The notes under the pieces were generated by a model. That model did no database searches, had not been told where the DNA came from, and saw only the letters and a program-made list of their open reading frames with translations. The position numbers and the translations under genes are program-made. Shown piece after piece: positions 57,982 to 64,000 of a stretch of DNA of 64,000 nt. The stretch lies in assembly GCF_009914755.1 (NCBI RefSeq), contig NC_060939.1; one strand, given 5' to 3'. The first letter of the stretch is position 1, and each line of letters begins with the position of its first letter. The DNA is from the human T2T-CHM13v2.0 reference genome, Homo sapiens.

Positions 57982-58060
57982 TGAGCCACAACACCGGGCT
58001 ATAAGGATCACTTTCAATTACAGAAACATTTATCCTCCCATTTCTAATCCTCTATTCTAG

Positions 58061-58137
58061 CTAAAACTGAGCAAGAGGTTGACATTATATTACCCCAGTT
58101 CTCCAAGCTGACAGTCACGGACTTCTTCTAGAAGCTG
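58061..58137 (+). pseudogene. RHPN2: RHPN2 exon 12 copy (77 nt, nonsense)
   Basis: tctag|CTAAAAC...AAGCTG|gtatgt; KTEQEVDIILPQFSKLTVTDFF*KL, TAG at 58129-58131. Confidence 0.92.
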
Positions 58138-58200
58138 GTATGTTGAAAGCTCTCTACATAAATGACCTAATGGGACAGCTCTTCACTTTGGCGAGTATGG

Positions 58201-58933
<733 letters not shown>

Positions 58934-59022
58934 TAAAAGTAGTTTTTAGGTATTGTCTATTTGAAATTTTTTAAAATATTTTTTAATTTTTTTTAGAGAT
59001 GTGGTCTCACTGTGTCACCTAG

Positions 59023-59157
<135 letters not shown>

Positions 59158-59618
59158 TAGAGATGGGGTCTTGCTATGTTGCCTAGGCTGGTCTCAAACT
59201 CCTGGGCTCCAACCATCCTCCTGCCTAGGCATCCCAGAGTGCTGGGATTACAGGTATGAGCCACTATGCCTGACCTGAGATTTTTTTCCTTTTTTTTTTT
59301 TTTTTTTTAGACAGGGTCTAACTCTGTTTTCACCCAGGCTGGAGTGCAGTGGCACAATCAGTTCACTGAAGCCTCGAACTGCTGGGCTCAAGAAGTCCTC
59401 CTGCCTCAGCAGCCTGAGTAGATGGAACCATAGGCGTGCACCACCATGCCTGGCTAATTCTTTTATGTTTTTAGTAGAGAATGGTTCCCGCTATGTTGCC
59501 CAAGCTGGTCTCAAACCTCTGGCCTCAAGCAATCCTTCTGCCTTGGTCACACAAAGTGCTTAGGATTACAGGCATGACATGCCTGGTCTTAAATTGTTTA
59601 TATTAGATATTTTATTTA

Positions 59619-59801
<183 letters not shown>

Positions 59802-60151
59802 TCAGGAGAATTACTTGAACCCGGGAGGCAGAGGCTGCAGTGAACCGAGATCACACCACCACACTCTAGCCTGGGTGATAGAGTGAGACAATGTCTCAAA
59901 AAAAAAAAAAGAAAAAGATAATTAATACAATGTCTAAAAGATAATTTTATTGAAAATATATTGGGTATGTTTGAGAAGATGGCTTTCCAGGTTCTTGCAT
60001 GACTGCTGTAGCATGTATGCCCCCAGATGTGTCATTTGTCCCTGAACAAGGCCAAGTGAGATCTTCAAGGACAGCAGGCAAAATTCCCTTTAGCTTTCAA
60101 GCGTCTGATCTAGCCTTCAAATCCTACACCTAACGATGCTCTCTTCCAAAG

Positions 60152-60298
60152 GGCCCCTTATCTGTGTTTTTGGCTAACAAGCAGTGGATGCCTCCTCGAA
60201 GCATCCGCTTCACCGCAGAAGAAGGGGACTTGGGGTTCACCTTAAGAGGGAACGCCCCCATTGAGGTTCACTTCCTGGATCCTTACTGCTCTGCCTTG
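60152..60298 (+). pseudogene. RHPN2: RHPN2 exon 13 copy (147 nt, PDZ start)
   Basis: caaag|GGCCCC...GCCTTG|gtaagc; GPLSVFLANKQWMPPRSIRFTAEEGDLGFTLRGNAPIEVHFLDPYCSAL. Confidence 0.92.
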
Positions 60299-60919
60299 GT
60301 AAGCACATGCTTTTCTTGGTTGGCAGCAAATACAGATATCTGGGTGATTGAATTTAGGGCGGGTTCACCCACGTCAAAGGCCTGACTTGATGTGAAAGGC
60401 CTCATGGGTGCTACATTCCCTAAAAGAAAAGGATTAATTTTTACTGTCTTTATTTTGTTTTTAGTATTTTTTTAGACGTTGGGAGGTGGAGGCTGCAGTG
60501 AGTCGTCATCATGCAGTGGCGCGATCTCAGGGCTCACTGCAGCTTCTGCTTCCTGGGTTCAAGTGATTCTCCTGTCTCAGCTTCCTGAGTAGCTGGGATT
60601 ACAGGCACGTGCCACCACACTCAGCTAATTTTAGTTTTTGTTTTTGTTTTTTGAGACACAGTCTCGCTCTGTCGCCCAGGCTGGAGTGCAGTGGCGCGAT
60701 CTTGGTTCACTGCAACCTCCACCTCCTGGGTTCAAGTAATTCTCCTGCCTCCACCTGCTGAGTAGCTGGGATTACAGGTGCGTGCCACCATGCCCGGCTA
60801 ATTTTTTGTGTGTTTTTAGTAGAGACGGGGTTTCACCGTGTTAGCCAGGATGGTCTTGATCTCCTGATCTTGTGATCTGCCCACCTCAGCCTCCCAAAGT
60901 GCTGGGATTACAAGTGTGA

Positions 60920-61285
<366 letters not shown>

Positions 61286-61436
61286 TGACCTCAAGTGATC
61301 TACCCGTCTCAGCCACCCAAAGTGAATTTTTGCTTTCTTGATGCAAACTTACGCAAATACCTATTTTGTTAATGGGGACTGATTCAAGGATTTGAGTGAA
61401 CAAAACGTTGACTTATTTTCAACAATACTTTTTCAG

Positions 61437-61592
61437 GTGGCAGGAGCCCGGGAAGGAGATTATATTGTCTCCATTCAGCTTGTGGATTGTAAGTGGCTGA
61501 CGGTGAGTGAGGTTATGAAGCTGCTGAAGAGCTTTGGTGAGGACGAGATCGAGATGAAAGTTGTGAGCCTCCTGGACTCCACATCATCCATG
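61437..61592 (+). pseudogene. RHPN2: RHPN2 exon 14 copy (156 nt, PDZ)
   Basis: ttcag|GTGGCA...TCCATG|gtgagc; VAGAREGDYIVSIQLVDCKWLTVSEVMKLLKSFGEDEIEMKVVSLLDSTSSM. Confidence 0.93.
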
Positions 61593-61876
61593 GTGAGCAC
61601 TGACACCTCCCTGGGCAGTCAGTAGTGGTGTGGAGTGAAATCTGCATGAGTTCAGCCCCAGAGGTGTTTATCAGACCCTCTGTCTCCTGCCTGTGTAACA
61701 TGGTACAAATGACTGGACTCCCAGGCTTGTAATCACTGTAATGTGCTCACCTTGGGTCAAAGAGAAAATTGGCAAACTTTTTCTTTTTAAAGACAGGGTC
61801 TTGCCCTATTGCCCAGGCTGGTTTGCAGTGGTATGATCATGGCTTACTGCAGCCTCTGTCTCCTGGGTTTAAGTGA

Positions 61877-62167
<291 letters not shown>

Positions 62168-62463
62168 TAGCCAGGATGGTCTCGATCTCCTGACCTCGTG
62201 ATCCACCTGCCTCGGCCTCCCAGAGTGCTGGGATTACAGGTGTGAGCCACCATGCCCAGCCCATTCTTTATTTTTTGTAGAGACAGGTTCTCGCTGTGTT
62301 GCCAAGACTGATCTTGAACTCCTGGGCTCAAGCCATCCTCTCACCTTGGCCTCCCAAAGTGCTGGGATTACAGGCATGAGCCACTGCACCCTGCTAGCAA
62401 ACTTTTAAAAATATCCTGTAGATAAAATAATCAACTGATCTATTTTTCTGATCAAATTGTTTA

Positions 62464-62985
<522 letters not shown>

Positions 62986-63059
62986 TCATGCCACACTCAA
63001 TGACGTTCTCCTCTACACTTTGCCACACTTAATGACGTACCCTCGACCTTCCCTCTGTA

Positions 63060-63800
63060 ACAACAGTCATTTATTCATTCAACAAATACTGATTGAGGAT
63101 CAATTGGGTGCCAGACACTCTCTTAGGTGTCAGAGCTCCAGTTTACATTACACAGGTAAGGTCCCTGCCGCCCCCCACGAAGCTGGCACTAAGTCAGCAA
63201 ATAAATGGTCAGGATTTTGATAAGTGTTGTAAAGGAAAAAAGACCTGTAATGGGGTGGAATGACTGGGGAGGAGGTGAGACTCTATCTAGGCAGGGCTGG
63301 AACAGACATGAGAGTGACCAGGAGGTTCGAGCCAGTGGCAGAGAGACAAGAAAGGCCTTCTGGGCAGGGGCACCTACAGGTACAGGGCCCCTGCAGCAGA
63401 ATAAGCTTCTCCTACCAGAGAGGCAAAAGAAAGGCCTTTTGGCAAGAGCACCAGGACAAGGAAGGGAGCCGTGGGAAGTGAGGTAGGAAGGAGGCCTCGG
63501 TGGCAGTGGTGGGAGCTTGGAAGCCACTGGGCCTTTTCAGAAGGGGAGCGGCATGGTGTGATGTTTGTTTTAGAAGTGCGTCTGCTGCCGGAGACTGGCC
63601 ATGGCAGTTGTCCAGGCTGGTGACGTTAGTGGCTGAGGTGATGGGGGTGGCTGTAGAGTTGGAGAGACATGAGTGTCCCTGGGACATAGTTTGGAGGTAG
63701 AGCTGATGGGGGATTTGTGGATGATTTGTGTAAAGGAGACAGTGAACAGGGAGGTGAGGCCTCAGTTTTTGGCTTGATCAATCTCATGGGTAGTGGTTAT
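63060..63800 (-). mobile_element. Probable L2 remnant
   Basis: CATTTATTCATTCAACAAATACTGATTGAG...GTGCCAGACACT (L2 3' end) followed by degenerate purine-rich L2-like sequence. Confidence 0.55.
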
Positions 63801-64000
63801 TTTTCTACCTTTAATTTCCTTTTTCTCGTTTTTTTTTTTTTTTTTTTTTTTTTTTGAGACAGGGTCTCACTCTGTTGCTTGGCTGGAATGCAGTGGTGCA
63901 ATCATAGCTCACTAGAGCCTTGACTTCCTGGGCTGAGGCAATCCTTTTGCCTCAGCCTCCCGAGTAGCTGGAACTACAGGTGTGTACCACTATGCCTGGC

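Overview
Human/great-ape, very Alu-rich genomic DNA with no intact protein-coding gene. It is a segmental-duplication mosaic of three modules. (1) About 1-17.8 kb is an unprocessed copy of the 22q12 TTC28/CHEK2 region on the minus strand: the TTC28 CpG-island promoter and coding exon 1 (nonsense at codon 21), plus CHEK2 exons 11-15 with their introns (1-nt frameshift in exon 13, several damaging substitutions, exons 1-10 missing). (2) About 17.83-18.12 kb is a ~290-bp interstitial fragment of subtelomeric TAR1 repeat (61-bp-type units plus one 29-bp unit, the repeats of TERRA promoters), lying at the duplicon junction. (3) About 18.1-64 kb is an unprocessed copy of RHPN2 (rhophilin-2) exons 3-14 on the plus strand (two nonsense codons, one destroyed splice acceptor, exons 1-2 absent). 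The layout fits the pericentromeric CHEK2P2/RHPN2P1-type block of 15q11.2 or a paralogue such as 16p11.2; the exact copy cannot be fixed without alignment. Best lead: the TAR1 fragment is oriented, and followed by a usable splice donor, so that it could act as a captured promoter and first exon for the promoterless CHEK2 3' exons. Parent-gene comparisons and repeat subfamily names rely on recalled sequences, not on a run alignment.
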